Below are positions 12,313 to 26,004 of a stretch of 64,000 nt of DNA, piece by piece. Positions within the stretch are counted from its first letter, which is position 1, and each line of letters opens with the position of its first letter. Source of the DNA: Tubiluchus corallicola (lineage: Eukaryota; Animalia; Priapulida). The notes below the pieces were generated by a model. That model did no database searches. It was not told the DNA's origin and was given only the letters and a program-made list of their open reading frames with translations. The stretch spans positions 2,976,001 to 3,040,000 of the forward strand of contig JAQGDQ010000001.1 of assembly GCA_030141605.1 (NCBI GenBank), written 5' to 3'. The position numbers and the translations under genes are program-made.

Positions 12313-13613
12313 TACTTTCAAATTCATTGTTTATAATGAGATCATTTTTCTGTGACTAGCATAAACCTCTAATGCCAAAGAGTATGAATACAAGCTAAGA
12401 AATTTTTTATTTTTTTGTGTCTATATTGCTGGCGTCGACAAAAGCAATTCGTTATAAAAATAAATACATAGTATCTAGAGGACCCGATGAGAAACAATTC
12501 GTGTCCACATCCACTGACTTTCCATGCTTGCAGTACAACTTTGATCATTGAAAGACAATGAAATTTGCACGTCATCGTCCAATTTCTCAAACCATGTGAT
12601 AATCACGGTTAGGCATTCAGGTGCTACACCATCTAAGATACTACATTTTTATAGGAAAATGATTATGGAAATCGTAAACACAGTGCATCTGTTCAAATAT
12701 TATAATGAAACAATTTATTTTAACAAGTCATACTTTAAAACATTGCACTACATGCATAATATTAATAAACAATATAGTATACGTAATTGTCATTAACAAC
12801 ATTAAAATTTTAATGCTAGAGAACAACAGCAATTAACAGCAATAAACAGATCAAACATAACAACATAAAATCAATGATCAAGTCATCCTCCAAACACTAT
12901 CAGGTTGCAGTAGCTCACTGTACTGCAACACCACACTCACTATGCTTATAAAACTATGATAACACACTTGAATAAATTACACGTGCTCAATAGTTGCCTA
13001 AATAAATTTATAATTTAAATTATTTAACTGGAGTATACGGCCAAATCTTCTAATAACTGCAATAATTTATCATGCTCTTCCATTAAGAAACGTTTGAAAA
13101 TCAATTCGTAGACAATAAAGCAATTATGTACATGGTACTACATAATGGTAATAATACTGGAGCATTTTCGTCTACAGGCAAATGCCGTACAGTGCTAATA
13201 ATAGTAATAATTTTGTTTACTAAGAAACAATGACTTGCAAAAGTTACTTTAACCAAAAATTTAAGTGCCTGAACTTAATGGCTTTATTGAAAAGCATTTA
13301 CATTTACTGAGACAGAAGACAGTTTGGCAGAACCAGCCATCTAACCAGAGCACATATCAGTAGATTAATATTTCTAGGAAATGGTAATTTGTCAGTCTAA
13401 CTGTACATTAGATAGCATGCATACAGAGCTAAAAACATGTGCCACGTAACACCACATAACCAGAATACGTCACGTAAACAAAATACATTAGATAACAAGG
13501 TAGAGTTCAACATCTTCAGGGTCTTAAATTAATTCTAAACTCTCTGCATTGTAAGAATATATTCCACAATAAGACACCGTGTAAAGTAAAAGCACAAAAA
13601 ATACACTGCTTAT

Positions 13614-13795
13614 TCACAAATCAGCAGTACTTCTGGGAGGAAGCACATTATCTCTGTATTGACCAGGTAAATTGCTGTTGCCAGGGGGTTTGTAAAATGC
13701 AACTACTACTATTTTGTCGTCATTCTTTAACTTGGATTTTCCAATACCAACTTCTTTTGCTCCCTTCCATACCATCTGACTGAAATTACTAGTTC
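13614..13795 (-). CDS. GLIPR2: CAP/SCP domain protein exon 3 (terminal)
   Basis: TTGCAG acceptor; reads GTSNFSQMVWKGAKEVGIG..VVVAFYKPPGN..YRDNVLPP..stop, matching CAP1 and CAP2 motifs and a GAPR-1-like NVLPP end. Confidence 0.92.
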
Positions 13796-13929
13796 CTGCA
13801 AATGAAAGGAAAACACTAAGTTTATGGTTTCTAACATAAGAATCTAACATTTAGTAAATATGTGACTGCTGCTCGCTACTGAATAAAACTGAATAACTAA
13901 GTTGCTTACAACACTATAGGTAGTATTAA

Positions 13930-14145
13930 TTAACTGATTGGCGGTTGGTTAGCTGGCTGGCTGGCTAACTAATTAACTAACTGACTGACAGACAGACAGA
14001 CTGACTGATTGACTACTGACTGACTGTTACTAGCTGGCTAGATAGCTGGCCAATCTAATGGACTGGCTCAATATCCAACAGACTAACCAACCAAATGAAC
14101 AACTGACACATTGACTGACAACCTGACTAACTGACTGAGTGATGC
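13930..14145. repeat. Degenerate tetranucleotide microsatellite (CTGA/CTGG/CTAA/CAGA), intronic
   Basis: Visible 4-nt periodicity. Confidence 0.8.
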
Positions 14146-14430
14146 TGTACCTTGTGAAATTAATTATCATAAACTACTCTCTACTCTCAGTGATTCAGTA
14201 AAATAAATTCATATACACGTGACATGATAAAAGCACTATATTACAAATAAATGTCAAAGCTTATGATAATGATTGTATTATTATATGACAATAATACCTT
14301 CTTCTCGTAATAATAAAGGTGTCAGCAATTTCAGACACACAAGTATTTATAAAGGTAAAGAAAAATCACAAATCATTAGCAAAAAAATCTTCGTATTAAT
14401 GGTTTAGTAATGACGTGATTGAAATCTTAC

Positions 14431-14553
14431 CCTTCTGCCAACCAGGCTTTTCAAAATCATACAGATGTTTTTCTTCATACCAGTGTTTGATAACTTCTTC
14501 ACCCGGTAGTTCAATCCCGTCCTGGTCTAAGATGCAAATGTTCTCTCCTACAC
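14431..14553 (-). CDS. GLIPR2: CAP/SCP domain protein exon 2
   Basis: TTGCAG and GTAAGA splice sites, phase 1-1; reads GVGENICILDQDGIELPGEEVIKHWYEEKHLYDFEKPGWQK, with the GEN and WYxE CAP motifs. Confidence 0.9.
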
Positions 14554-15242
14554 CTGCAATACAAATAAAATTAAATTGGCAAAACAAACATTTTACATGC
14601 TAAAAATTTTTTTAAGTTTTGCTTTTGCATCAGAATATCAGTGCTCTAATAATAGCTAACACACCATATTCAACTGTGTAAGTCTTTATTCTGGAGTCTA
14701 TCATATACGGTAAATTCATTAATTTACAGTAAATATTTGACAAGATCGGTCGAATAGACTATAGCCTTTAGCTGTGAACAAGAGGTGTGCGAAATTCTAT
14801 TGAAGTACTTTGCTAATACACCACAAACGCTTTTTTCGACCAGAATTATATTACACAGCTGAAAATACAAAGCTTATGATAAGATGCTTATATACGTTAA
14901 ATTGCCAGAAATTTGGTGCTAATATAATCAGCTTTGATATGTCCGCTTGTCAGTGCCTGCACAAAATCATTTTGAAATCACACTTGACTTAATACGTGAA
15001 ATAAGATCAACGTATTTATTAGACATGCTTCTTTGATCACAGTGGTTTCCCATCCAAAATGTTCCTATTCGGACCTAATTACATTCACGGAGTTTCTACG
15101 TAGATCCAGCTGCCTCAGCAGCACACAATACACTAATAGTGGCATCCATCCAACAACCATGGCACAGACAGCCAACCAACCCATCAAGCAGATCACCATA
15201 AATATAGTTAATAAGGAAACTAATGTGGGAAACCCTTCATAC

Positions 15243-15402
15243 CCGCGTTTTCACTATATTGCAAGAAGCCCTTTTCCGCTATTCTGTCAGCCCATTCTTG
15301 TGCCATTGTCTGCAGCTCTTCACTTTGTTCAATCTCTTGACAATGATGGTGCAACCTATACGTGTTCAGTGCAATTAAGCACTGCTCCTGGAACTGATCC
15401 AT
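15243..15402 (-). CDS. GLIPR2: CAP/SCP domain protein (GLIPR2/GAPR-1-like), coding exon 1
   Basis: TTTCAG acceptor then GT ATG; reads MDQFQEQCLIALNTYRLHH..LQTMAQEWADRIAEKGFLQYSENA, then G|GTATGA donor (phase 1). The symbol marks family likeness, not proven orthology. Confidence 0.85.
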
Positions 15403-15490
15403 ACCTGAAACAAATTTGCCAGGTAATCTATATTTGTATACAGAGCGCAATAAAAACATGAAACAATAATTACAAAAAAATCGTAGAAAT

Positions 15491-15684
15491 GACTTTGCAT
15501 AGGAAGACTTGCGTTATCTTTTTTTTACCCTTGTGCACTGTAAACTCCTAATTAACTGTCTCGGTAAGTTTGTTAAAATGGCTGCAGGGACTTTGCATAG
15601 GAAGATTTGTGTTATCGTTTTTGTACCCTTATGCACTGTAAACTCCTAATTAACTATCTCACTAAGTTTGTTAAAAGGCTGCAG
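15491..15684. repeat. Tandem duplication of a ~98-bp unit
   Basis: GACTTTGCATAGGAAGA...GGCTGCAG begins at 15491 and again at 15589, with scattered substitutions. Confidence 0.9.
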
Positions 15685-17449
15685 CCTCTAGTGATAGCAT
15701 GATTGGTGACCGATGTACTCAAATATTATTTTTAAGAATGGTCACTTAATCAATCATCTTTACTGTTACCGTTTGTACAGACTGCAGACTAAGTTCTGAC
15801 TTTGCTAATAAAAATATGCATGCATAAAAATACAGTATCCCAGTGGATTGTTTCGAAACTAAAAGTACATTTTACTGTCTTACAACAGCTAACTGCAACT
15901 GTTTTTAATTTATAGCTTGTATGTAGCCTACAAACAGTATCATAAAGCGTCTAAAGGAATCTGGTGAAAACAACTTTACGAGTGGCTGCAAAAATGGGCT
16001 TGAATTACAACAGCTACCAACATTCAGTCAAGCCCAATTCTTAAAGTCGTTAATTTAAGAATTGTATCACATATATGTGTAGCCCTGCAGCTGGAAATAA
16101 TCTGTAATCATTACGATATTGCGCGACCGTTTTATATATTATATAAATTACACATACACAATATTGGAATGAATAACAATTCAACCGTCACAATAATAAA
16201 TTCATCATAATATCTTTAATATAGCGTAGGAATATCAATACTGCAAGCAAGTCTATCATGCACATATAATACACACATTTCTCACTCATGGAAAATAAGC
16301 TATGACTATCATACAACTTGGAATCTATAATTCAATTTGCGAGTGTTTACACTGTGCCGGATGGGTCCTGTCTCCACAGGCCGCAATACACTGACTGCAC
16401 GTCTGGTTTTATTACGCTCACCGGAAATACGTACGACTTGCCAATTCTATTGGGATCTCTTACAAACTGAGTACGAAGCCAATCTGGCCTAAAATACATC
16501 GAAATTAAACAATGCGATAATGAAAACCTTCTCATGACAAGTTCGGTCAAAAACCATTTATTTTTGTTCCTCGTTCAGATCTGTGTTGTCAATTGGAATT
16601 TTTTACTAGATTTGTATTGAATACACGACGCTTTCTTAAATTGTGACAGACTGTTCCATTTAGCTGACAGCAAAAGAAAATACTGTATTTTGAGTAAAAA
16701 CAAGTAATATGTTACCAGGACGAATATTCTGGAAAGAAAAAATGTGAATTACTGTCTTCTGGTTGACATTAATATCACACTCTGACAGCATTTAAATTAA
16801 GAGGAAGAAAGAGGAATTTTAAAGTATATATCAAAGAAAATTCCATGCAAAGTTATATTGCTTAGCATTTCACCTACCTGCTTGAAAGACTAATGTAATT
16901 TGAAAAGAAAAATATTTCGCGCCGCAAGGTAAAACGGCACTGCATCGCCATCTCATTGTGTACCACCGATTCATCAAAAAGACATTAGTGATCTTATTGA
17001 CAATATCAAGTAATTTAAACTTTTGCTTAGTTAGCGAAGAGTGTACTACGAATGCTTTGATTTTTTTCAAACTTTACGTAATGTTATCTAACTTGTTTTA
17101 AACGACTTGTCGTTAAAATGGCTACGCCTAACGCGCATCACTTATGATGCGGGATACACAAGTTTTATGATAGGTTACTGCTGAAGTAAAGCCCTGTATG
17201 CAACAAGAAGCACGTACGTGATACAAAACTTCAAGACGAATTTTTTAAGCTTTATTTACGAAAAGTGTTTTTATTCTATAGGCACAGTAGTATTTATTCC
17301 TTTAACACAAAAATACAATAGCAGAAAAACTGCACAAATATAAAATCGTAATTATAATATATATATATATATATATTATATTATTTATATATATATAAAA
17401 ACTGCATAAATAAAAAATCGTAATTATAATATATATATATATATGTTTC

Positions 17450-18810
17450 CTGCAGTATGCCCAATCTTTAAGAACTATAAGAGAATTCTCAAGTAACAGG
17501 TTTTGGTCCGATGTAATAAAAATTTTCACATCGTCTGAGATCTAGAGATTAACAAACACATTACTCATCATTTCTGGAAGATCATTCACATATATCAAAA
17601 AAGGGACAGCGCGTAGAGCAGGACAAAAGCCTTTGGACAAGAAAGACGAAATCCACTCTAACCGATCTCCGGATATTCCGTACGCCCCTAATTTACACAT
17701 AAGTTTGGAATGCACCGGCTGTCGAATGCTTTTGCAAAGTCTACATAAAAGACATCAACACATTCACCAGCGCCTAAAAACTTACTCCACGTATTTACGC
17801 ATTTTAAAAGCTGAGAGCAGGTAGATTTGTGTTTTAGAAAGCCATGTTGTGCTTTGATAATAAGTTGTGGTAAGCCAGATAATCAAACAGTTCATTTTTA
17901 CACAGGTTTCCATAACCTTACAGCAAATAGGTGTAAGACAAACGGGACGATAATTGTTAGGGTTCGAGGTGTCGCCCTATTGTACAAGCCGATTTAAAGA
18001 TAGCTTCACATACAAGTTTAGCAGATTTATTGTATTTAACTAGTCCTAGAGGTGTGTGTTATACGACGCCATAAAATTTTGTTCTTACGTTGCAATGCTC
18101 TTATATGATGCGTATGCAGCGTTTTATTGGATGTAATTTGTTCATATGGAATAAAGATGTTAATTCTGAAGCACATTACAAAATCCTGTCCATACTTCTG
18201 CGATGAACTTGCAACTGTTGAAAAGTTCCAACAGATCAATTGAACTTAAGTAATTTTTAAAGCTGTCATAATCAGCAGTTTTAAAATCATAAAAACCTAT
18301 CGGATTATTTGCAATAAGTTGCCCAGGGTCTCCAATTTTGAATTTCACAATATGATTATCTGATGTTGAAAACAGAGGGGCAACTTTTACCTAGGAAAGA
18401 TTTACAACGTTCGTAATAAACGCTAAATCAAGAATATTATCTTCTCTGGAACTTTCATAATTACTTTGGTGAGGCCATTTTCTAAAGTACAGTTTACAAA
18501 TGGTTCGTAGATCTCGCGTGCGATGTCACACCGATCAATTAAAGGAAGATTAAAATCATCAACGACAACGCAATGATAATTAACAAAGTCAAGCAACGAC
18601 AAATATTGCTCATATACATAAAGTCATCCTTGCAATAGATAATTGTAGAAGGGGTGCTACCAAGTAGGTCCACGTCCTGTTCTAACTTGACATGTACACT
18701 TTTCAAAATTTTTTTGACTGGAATAGCGACGCCACCTCTTCTTGTTGGAGGATCAACACGGGAAATAGTAAACTGATTTCTATAGTTCAACATAGCGTCC
18801 GTAAACATTT
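17450..18810 (-). mobile_element. Heavily decayed CR1-like LINE (endonuclease plus RT fragments)
   Basis: Minus-strand fragments read ISRVDPPTRRGGVAI (APE), YDFKTADYDSFKNYLSSID, PNNYRPVCLTPICCKVMET, FLIYVNDLP and DDVKIF. Confidence 0.85.
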
Positions 18811-21574
18811 TAAACGCACGTTATTGGTGTCGTTCTAGAGCATTTTCCTAAGAGGAAGAACCATACTAAGTATGATTAAAGTACCTGAACACATTTGCTT
18901 ATGAGCTACAGAGTTACAAAATTTGAGACAATTACGTACAATATGCATCATGTACATGTCCTATATATTATACATATAAATGTTTTGCAACTCTGACTCT
19001 AAAGGGAGTTAAACTAATTATATATATTGTATCCTGTGAGTTATCATCATTATTTAAACTTAAATTACAACATTGCGTGTTGAGAAAGTTGACGCTATAA
19101 ACTGACTGAATCCAATCAGAAAGTTCAGCTTACTGAGCTTATCAGCTTTTCGCCACGTCAGTAATTAATCTGCAGTATAAAACAAGCAGGTGTTAGTGCA
19201 GCAAAGTTACTTCCCATTCAACATTTATATACGATTTTGTGGTCTTAAGAGCAATCACTGAGTGATCTTAAGAGAAACAGTCACTGAGAAAGAAAAGTGT
19301 AGACTAAAGGACAATTACTGAATTGCAGGAATTTATAGCTCATCTCTTCAATCCATGAGGACTATGCTGGAGCTCTGCGTGGCATATGCCTTTTTTTGGT
19401 TGAGATTTTGCTGAATATAATTAATTTAGATTTGAAAATCTAAACCTTCGGCATATATTTTTGTTTTAATTATTACGCACTAACGCGTTGCTGGATTTTA
19501 TTTACTGTCTTACATAACACATATGACTGATACCAAGTTACCATGCTAATTTCGAGTTTTTTTTGCAAGTCGTCTTCTACTTACTCAATTAAGATCATTT
19601 CAAATACCTGCCATAAATGTTTGCTCGTCTAACCATAATGTAGATAGTTTACAGATAAGTTTAGTAAAGAAGTTATTTAGGATTATGACGTGATTTAAGA
19701 TTTTATGAAATCATTTACTCTGTAATATAAAGCAAATTCTTTTCTAAGTTTTCTCCTATCCGTTTCAGTTATTCACGCAATAAAAATTTAAGCGTAGGCT
19801 AATATAATAAATTAAAATAAATCATTTTGTTGTCGCCCTTATTTTCAACAATTTGGCTACCACACACTATGTTTAATATCTTAGAGACTTAGAGACACAT
19901 CATTCATATACGGCGCAGCAGTGCTGATTTGCATTAAAACTGTCTTATGTTCATAATCAATCACTTACTGTGTATTATACTGATCAATGCTAAGTATACA
20001 TGAACTTTATTGTTAGTCTGCATAACTAATAACAAAGTTTACGACGATGGAGATTGACTAATGCGTTTCCCCGTAGATACATAAATACTGTATCTATAGA
20101 CTTGGTAGGGGCAAGCGTAAACTTTATGGAAATTATTGCTTCTAAACCAGGAGCCCCATTAAGGAAACCATGCAACACACTTAATCGCATTTGTTATTTT
20201 TCGCTCATTTTAAGCTTCTGAGAAAATCACAGCCGCTTACATATCTAAACCTGACGCTAACATTATGTGATTATTAAGGTCTTGAAATGAATTTTTTGTC
20301 TAAACGATGTTGTCTAAACCATATCTTAGATTGTGCAGGAATGTACTTCTGATCAAAATAAGTATTGCAATATCAAAATAACAACATGAAAACGTGTATT
20401 TAAAAAAGTCCTGGTTGGCAGGCACTGGCTTGCAACATTACTGGCAATGGAGACAGATCGAATGAGATGCACAATTGAAAGACACTATCAGCTTCCGGGC
20501 GTCATATTATGTATTAATTGGCCATCATCCATTTTACAACTTGCCATCTGTTGATCTTTGATCAAGACCACACAATTTTGTCTTTGCTGTCTATCTATTT
20601 ACCTATCTACCTATCCATCTGCTTATCTATCTGAAATAACTGCCTTGTCGATTTAGGTACCTTGACTGAGCTGGCTTTTGCATTTCTAGAATTGCTGAAT
20701 TCCAAACAACTGACCTTCAACTTAGGTCCAAGAGCAGTGTTTGTTATCTATTTCACATGATTTACATCCATAACTTACATACTTTTAAAATTACCCTGAT
20801 TTTACATTTTGACCTTTGCCTAGCTTTACTCTCGCCTCGAACTGCATTTTACAATTGTCTCCAATTTGCAATGTTTTTCTTTGTCCGTATGTCAACTCCA
20901 TGGTCTTCCAACTACACTGCAAGCGCCAGGTAACATAAACCTATGATCAGGCTTGGGCTACCAACTGCCTTTTCAAACTGATGCCATTAATATTCAAACG
21001 TTTATGCATGAAATGTTACAATTTCTGTTTGCGTACCATTTAATACACATTTGAAGTGATGTCGTGACAACATTTTGAAGGGTCACAGTGACTGAACGAC
21101 GTTTGTGTTAGTACCAGGTGAAACGATATGGGTTTAGTGAAACAGGAAGACTGCACTATTTTGGTTTTTGCCTAGTAAAATTAAAAAATCACGTGGTAAT
21201 GCTGAAAGCACGTTACGCAGAAGCCGCTGCAGCCCTTTATGCAAGCAATTACACAACTTGTAAGTTTCTATTAGTATGAATGGGAAGTTGACAAATGACT
21301 TCGATTTCACTGTTGCTTTGACTCCTTAATGAAATTAAGAAGTTACAGCAAGTTTGGCTCAATTAATTCGTTTTCGCTAATGGCATGCGAGCCAGACATT
21401 TAGTGGCTGAACAGAGGAAACTAAAGTTCAAGTTGTTCAGTTAACATGACGCAAGCATTCTGTAAATTGCAACTGCCGTGGGGGGGGGGGGGTTGAAACC
21501 TGTAGCAGTACAGGTGAAGCACGAAATGTCAAAGTTGCACATTTGCGCATGACAATAAATTCTGTTATCTTCTG

Positions 21575-21655
21575 CCTCTGCTCTGTTTTGCTCTGATTTG
21601 CCCCTCCCTGTTCTACTCTGCTCTACTTTGTTCTGTTTTGTTCTATCTGATGCTG
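21575..21655. repeat. Degenerate pentanucleotide repeat (CTCTG/TTCTG)
   Basis: Visible 5-nt periodicity. Confidence 0.7.
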
Positions 21656-21893
21656 TTGTAGATATACGTTAATGCAGAAAGGCTGGCGTCACTAGTAGTT
21701 ACCATGCTTTACTAGATTTTCTGGCTAGATAGACACGCCAGATGGCACTAAATAACGAAACACGCAACATTCTGCTATATCATAACCCAAACAGTACCAG
21801 TTTGAAGCAAGAACTTATGATGACACCAACGACATTACATCTCCACTTTTCCTTTTCTATGCTAACAAGCTTCCAGAGTTACTGGAATCTTAA

Positions 21894-22250
21894 AGGAAAA
21901 CCGGACCGACACACGTTCGAGAGCTCATGCCCGAGCACAGTAATGAATTTTAAACTTTAAACTTAAAATTTGCCAAGTTTTTGTATATCACACTAAATGT
22001 TATACTGTAGCTCTGTACCTCATTTTCGCTTTCGCAAACACGTTCTACACGCTCGTGGAATGTTAATGCTCATGCTGTCGTTTGTGTTCGTTTGTGACGT
22101 CTCCATTAGCTAGGCTCGCCCGCCGTTAATAAGTTTGTTACCTAATATTTAGTTATTAGAAACGATTTGGCATCATTGTAGCTGTTAAAATGTATACATT
22201 TTACAGAACTTCAAAATGGAGTGCGATATGAAAAATCGTCCTGTTTTGCT
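21894..22250. mobile_element. Non-autonomous DNA transposon (Kolobok-like MITE) with TTAA TSD
   Basis: TTAA|AGGAAAACCGGAC ... GTCCTGTTTTGCT|TTAA: imperfect 13-bp TIR, RR..YY termini and TTAA on both sides; a second copy lies at ~10.5-10.97 kb. Confidence 0.75.
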
Positions 22251-22296
22251 TTAAACACAGTCTCAATTAAAAATTACTGTAGTCGTAAGTAGAGTA

Positions 22297-23419
22297 GGCC
22301 CCGCAAAGACATGCAATTTTCAGTTGCGTAAAAAAGCAAGTTTCACAATTGATGATTGCAGCAATTTTACTGGCGTACCAAAATCGGGGACGTAGAAAAG
22401 TAATTTTAAATTACACAATTCGTGCAATGGGAGACTGAAGAAGTTGCATTTATGCGTGCATTATTAATTCACAAAAAACACCGGAAATGATGGGCTTACT
22501 CAATAACTAGCCAGGTATTAGAAAAAGCCCAATTTTATAAAAAAAGGTCCTATATATGACGACTTATGGGTTCAGCTTAGTAAGTTCTTTGGTAAGTATT
22601 ACTGGATGAGTCCAAATAATTTTGATGAACTGGTGAGTATTTTTGGGTTGTACATTACCTATCTCGACTTAAAGTGGAGAAAACACGATACCTGAGTTTT
22701 ACAACATAACCTATGCAAAATCTAAGCTCACTCGTGTAGCCACAGTAATATACTGGCATACATTACTTTAAGAACAAAAACTGTGAATGAATAGTACTTA
22801 TACAGTTAAAAGACTCGAAATCCAATTACCAACGTTGTTTAGTCTTATCAGTTCATATGGAAAGCCTAAATTATTTAGTCATGCAAATTTTATACAATTC
22901 GCATATTTGGAGTATGGAACTTGAATAACAAGCTGAAAGTATAATTGTAAGCGATGGCTATCATTGTGAAAGACCGCAGTATTAGTAAAAAATCAGCAGA
23001 GGGTAGCAGAACGGTATTTGTACTGAGATATCAACACATGCGCTGTTCAGTTTCAAAATTTCATATAGACTACAGTGTCTAAATTTGTCTACAAATCTCT
23101 TAAAAGATGGTAACAAAACAGTAAGAATAATTTGTCTTCAATTAATTTGTTTTCCTTTTTTCTCTTTTTCATAAGACGTGCTTACTTTAATGTGTTTAAT
23201 TAAAGGTTGCGAAATTAAGAATTGAAAGTCGACGCACTCTCATTGAAAATAGAACATTACAAAACATTTTGCGCAACTAAAAGTATGAGTCCAAATTGCA
23301 AACTTTTAGTTGCTCAGTTTTTACCCGCACATGCCTGCGTGCTTTCATTGACTTCATTTATGTACAGATTTTGCAACTTTTAGTTGCGCAACTGAAAATC
23401 GTATGTCTTTTTCGGGGCC
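22297..23419 (+). mobile_element. PIF/Harbinger deletion derivative
   Basis: TIRs GGCCCCGCAAAGACATGCAATTTTCAGTTGCG and CGCAACTGAAAATCGTATGTCTTTTTCGGGGCC, with TAA on the right flank. An internal remnant KFFGKYYWMSPNNFDELV (~22583-22636) resembles the F..YFRMS...FDEL motif of Harbinger transposases. Confidence 0.8.
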
Positions 23420-26004
23420 TAAAACATCAAAAAAATGGTCACGCACATTTAATCACAGCAACCGATCCTTCATACCGATCAGCAAATTCAAATCGTCCGC
23501 AATATAATTACCGAATTACCACGTATACCCGAATTCCCTATCCACTGACTTTTCTAGCAGTCAGTAGACATTCTCTCATGCTGAGCATCTGAAATTAATG
23601 ATGAAGCCATCAGAATTGGCCTATGATAAATCGAACGTATGCTCGATTCTGATTTGCAATGCCCCAGCTATATGTGGTAAAAGCAAGAGTGCGCTGCAAA
23701 AGCTCGAAATTAATCAAACAGCATCTACTCATTCCGTTAAACGAATAGCATGCTAATTCGACCGGCTTCTTCATTTTTATTAAGCATACTAACTGCAGCA
23801 GCCAGCAGCAGCGTAAAGCAATCTTGGTGATTTTATTGCCGTTAATATCCGTCATCGTAAAAGATTTATAATTCCCTCACACTGTCCGCGGCGATATGAC
23901 GTGTTGACACTACTGGTGTCGCATCAAAGCAGGAACTGCATTACTGTACTCAAGCTTAAGTGCCTAAAAGATAAAGAATAAAGAAGGGGAAACGCAAGGG
24001 GTGATCTAAAGAAAAACGTTACAGTATTGATGCTGAAACCCTAATCAATATTGCCCAAGCGGAAGCCATTTGCTGACAACATACAAAAAACAGTGTAAAT
24101 TCTAAATTATCATTTTGTTCTAACAATAAAATCTCTGTGCGGGCATCCCCTCCTTATATCCCTACTTCCCTAATCGCGAGCAAAGGAATACTGATTTTTA
24201 TCGCCTCATTGCAAGCGCAAGCAAACCATAAGCGCCCTTAACTGTTCCAGCGAATAAGGAAAAATTGATGTTCAAGTTATTCAGCAACTCACTAGTTCCT
24301 TCTTTGTACCAGGCAATACTTAAGTGCCATGGTGATGGGGAACCTCTTTTTTAAACAGTTTAGCACTTTGCAAACCGGAATACGGCACCGAACACTGAAC
24401 GGCAGGATCTACATCCTAAAGTTGCTTATGCCAGAAAGGCTTGCAAAACTGACAAAAATTAACAAAATCTGTGCGTAATGTACGGATGCTTATAGATTTT
24501 ACCCTTGGGTTGTATAAGCCTTTTCGAATAGTTTCAATTGGCTTTTGAAGTGATGAAACTAACAAACCCATTCGAGAGCTCGTTAGCAAGCCAAGATACA
24601 CGTATATTCTACATACATGTTCTTTGTTGTTTTGTTATATTTTATTTATTTTTTTTATTATCCTTAAACAAAGGCAAAACCCAGTCAGGGTAAGAAAGCG
24701 AAGATATGGGGAGGTCCAGAAAACAAAAACACATAACTACTCTGTTTGTGAACAGTAGTGACAAGAGGTATCTGTAGGTGTTCTCTTGAAGAAAGTGAGA
24801 TTGTAATTAACAAAGAAACATTTGTGAATAGGCACAAATGGGTGAATAAGGACAAAACCCAAGAAAAGTTGTTAAAGCTCCTACTACATTCCAGGACTAA
24901 GCAAGGTACAGTTCACTATAATTTTATAAACCAACTTGATGCATATACTATCTACCAAATACTATATTTATCATTGTAAAGTCACTCCTGCTTGCCATGG
25001 CAACAGAAATCGAAGGCACACTAAGAACACAAAAAATAATGGTAGTTTATTATTGTACAAGCCTAATCAGTGGAACAGATGTGGTTATTTTGTAACTGGC
25101 AGTTCAGCGACATATCTTCAGGAATACCTATCAATTTTTTTTAAGTTTTAAGTCGCTCCCTTTTTTTATGAATTTTTGAGCAGTTTTAGACATAGTTTGA
25201 TATAAACAACGTGAATCGGGACAGCATGCCACGCACGTATAAACGACTCCCTGCTGGAGAACAATACAAGAAAACAACACAAGAACAATGCAATACAATG
25301 AGCAAATTGTGAAAGTTAGAGTTCTCATTCTAAAATGTTGGGTTTAGGTCTAAGTCTCTAAGATATGAGATAAATTGGAGAGAATGGTGAATTTTTAGTT
25401 TGATATGTAACAGACTGTGCTATGTAGGAGCAGTGCTATCTAAACAAACTTTGTCAATTTATCCTAGATATCTAAGTAATTGATTTAAAAACCTAAGTTG
25501 TGTCCTTCTTCCCCTCATCTAATGCAAGATGGGCACAAGAACCAAAAATAAGAACGCTGTTCACGACAAAACGTGGGGCTAATAGAGAAGCAGTGTACGA
25601 TGTTTTTAATCATAAAAACAATACCTTCAAGAGATAGATTATGTATGTGATCATATAACTACCAAACGTATTTAGAATAGAAACTAGCAAAAAAATTATA
25701 ACAGTTTGAATGTAAAAATTGTCCTTATTCACCCCGTTTTACGGGTATATATTCTTTATTTTGCCTCTTTAAAACATTGACCATCATAATCCAAGAATTA
25801 AACGTTGACAATCAGTGTTAGTTCATAGTAAAACGCACATTGTTCTAAACAAATGCGTAAGGTGCAAGCTAAACTATAAGTGCAACGAGAAATTCAAGAT
25901 AAATAAAAGATATTATGAACAAACAATGCACTATAATAAAACTACATGCAATCTCTCTCTCCCTCGTCCACCTCTTGTTTTTGGTGTTTTTGCCGCCGTT
26001 TTGA

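Noticed and set aside
17325-17445. Short duplication with (AT)n
   Set aside because: Ordinary slippage duplication at a LINE tail.
24640-24960. Possible LINE 3' end on the minus strand
   Set aside because: Only an A-rich tail and vague peptide resemblance; too decayed to support.
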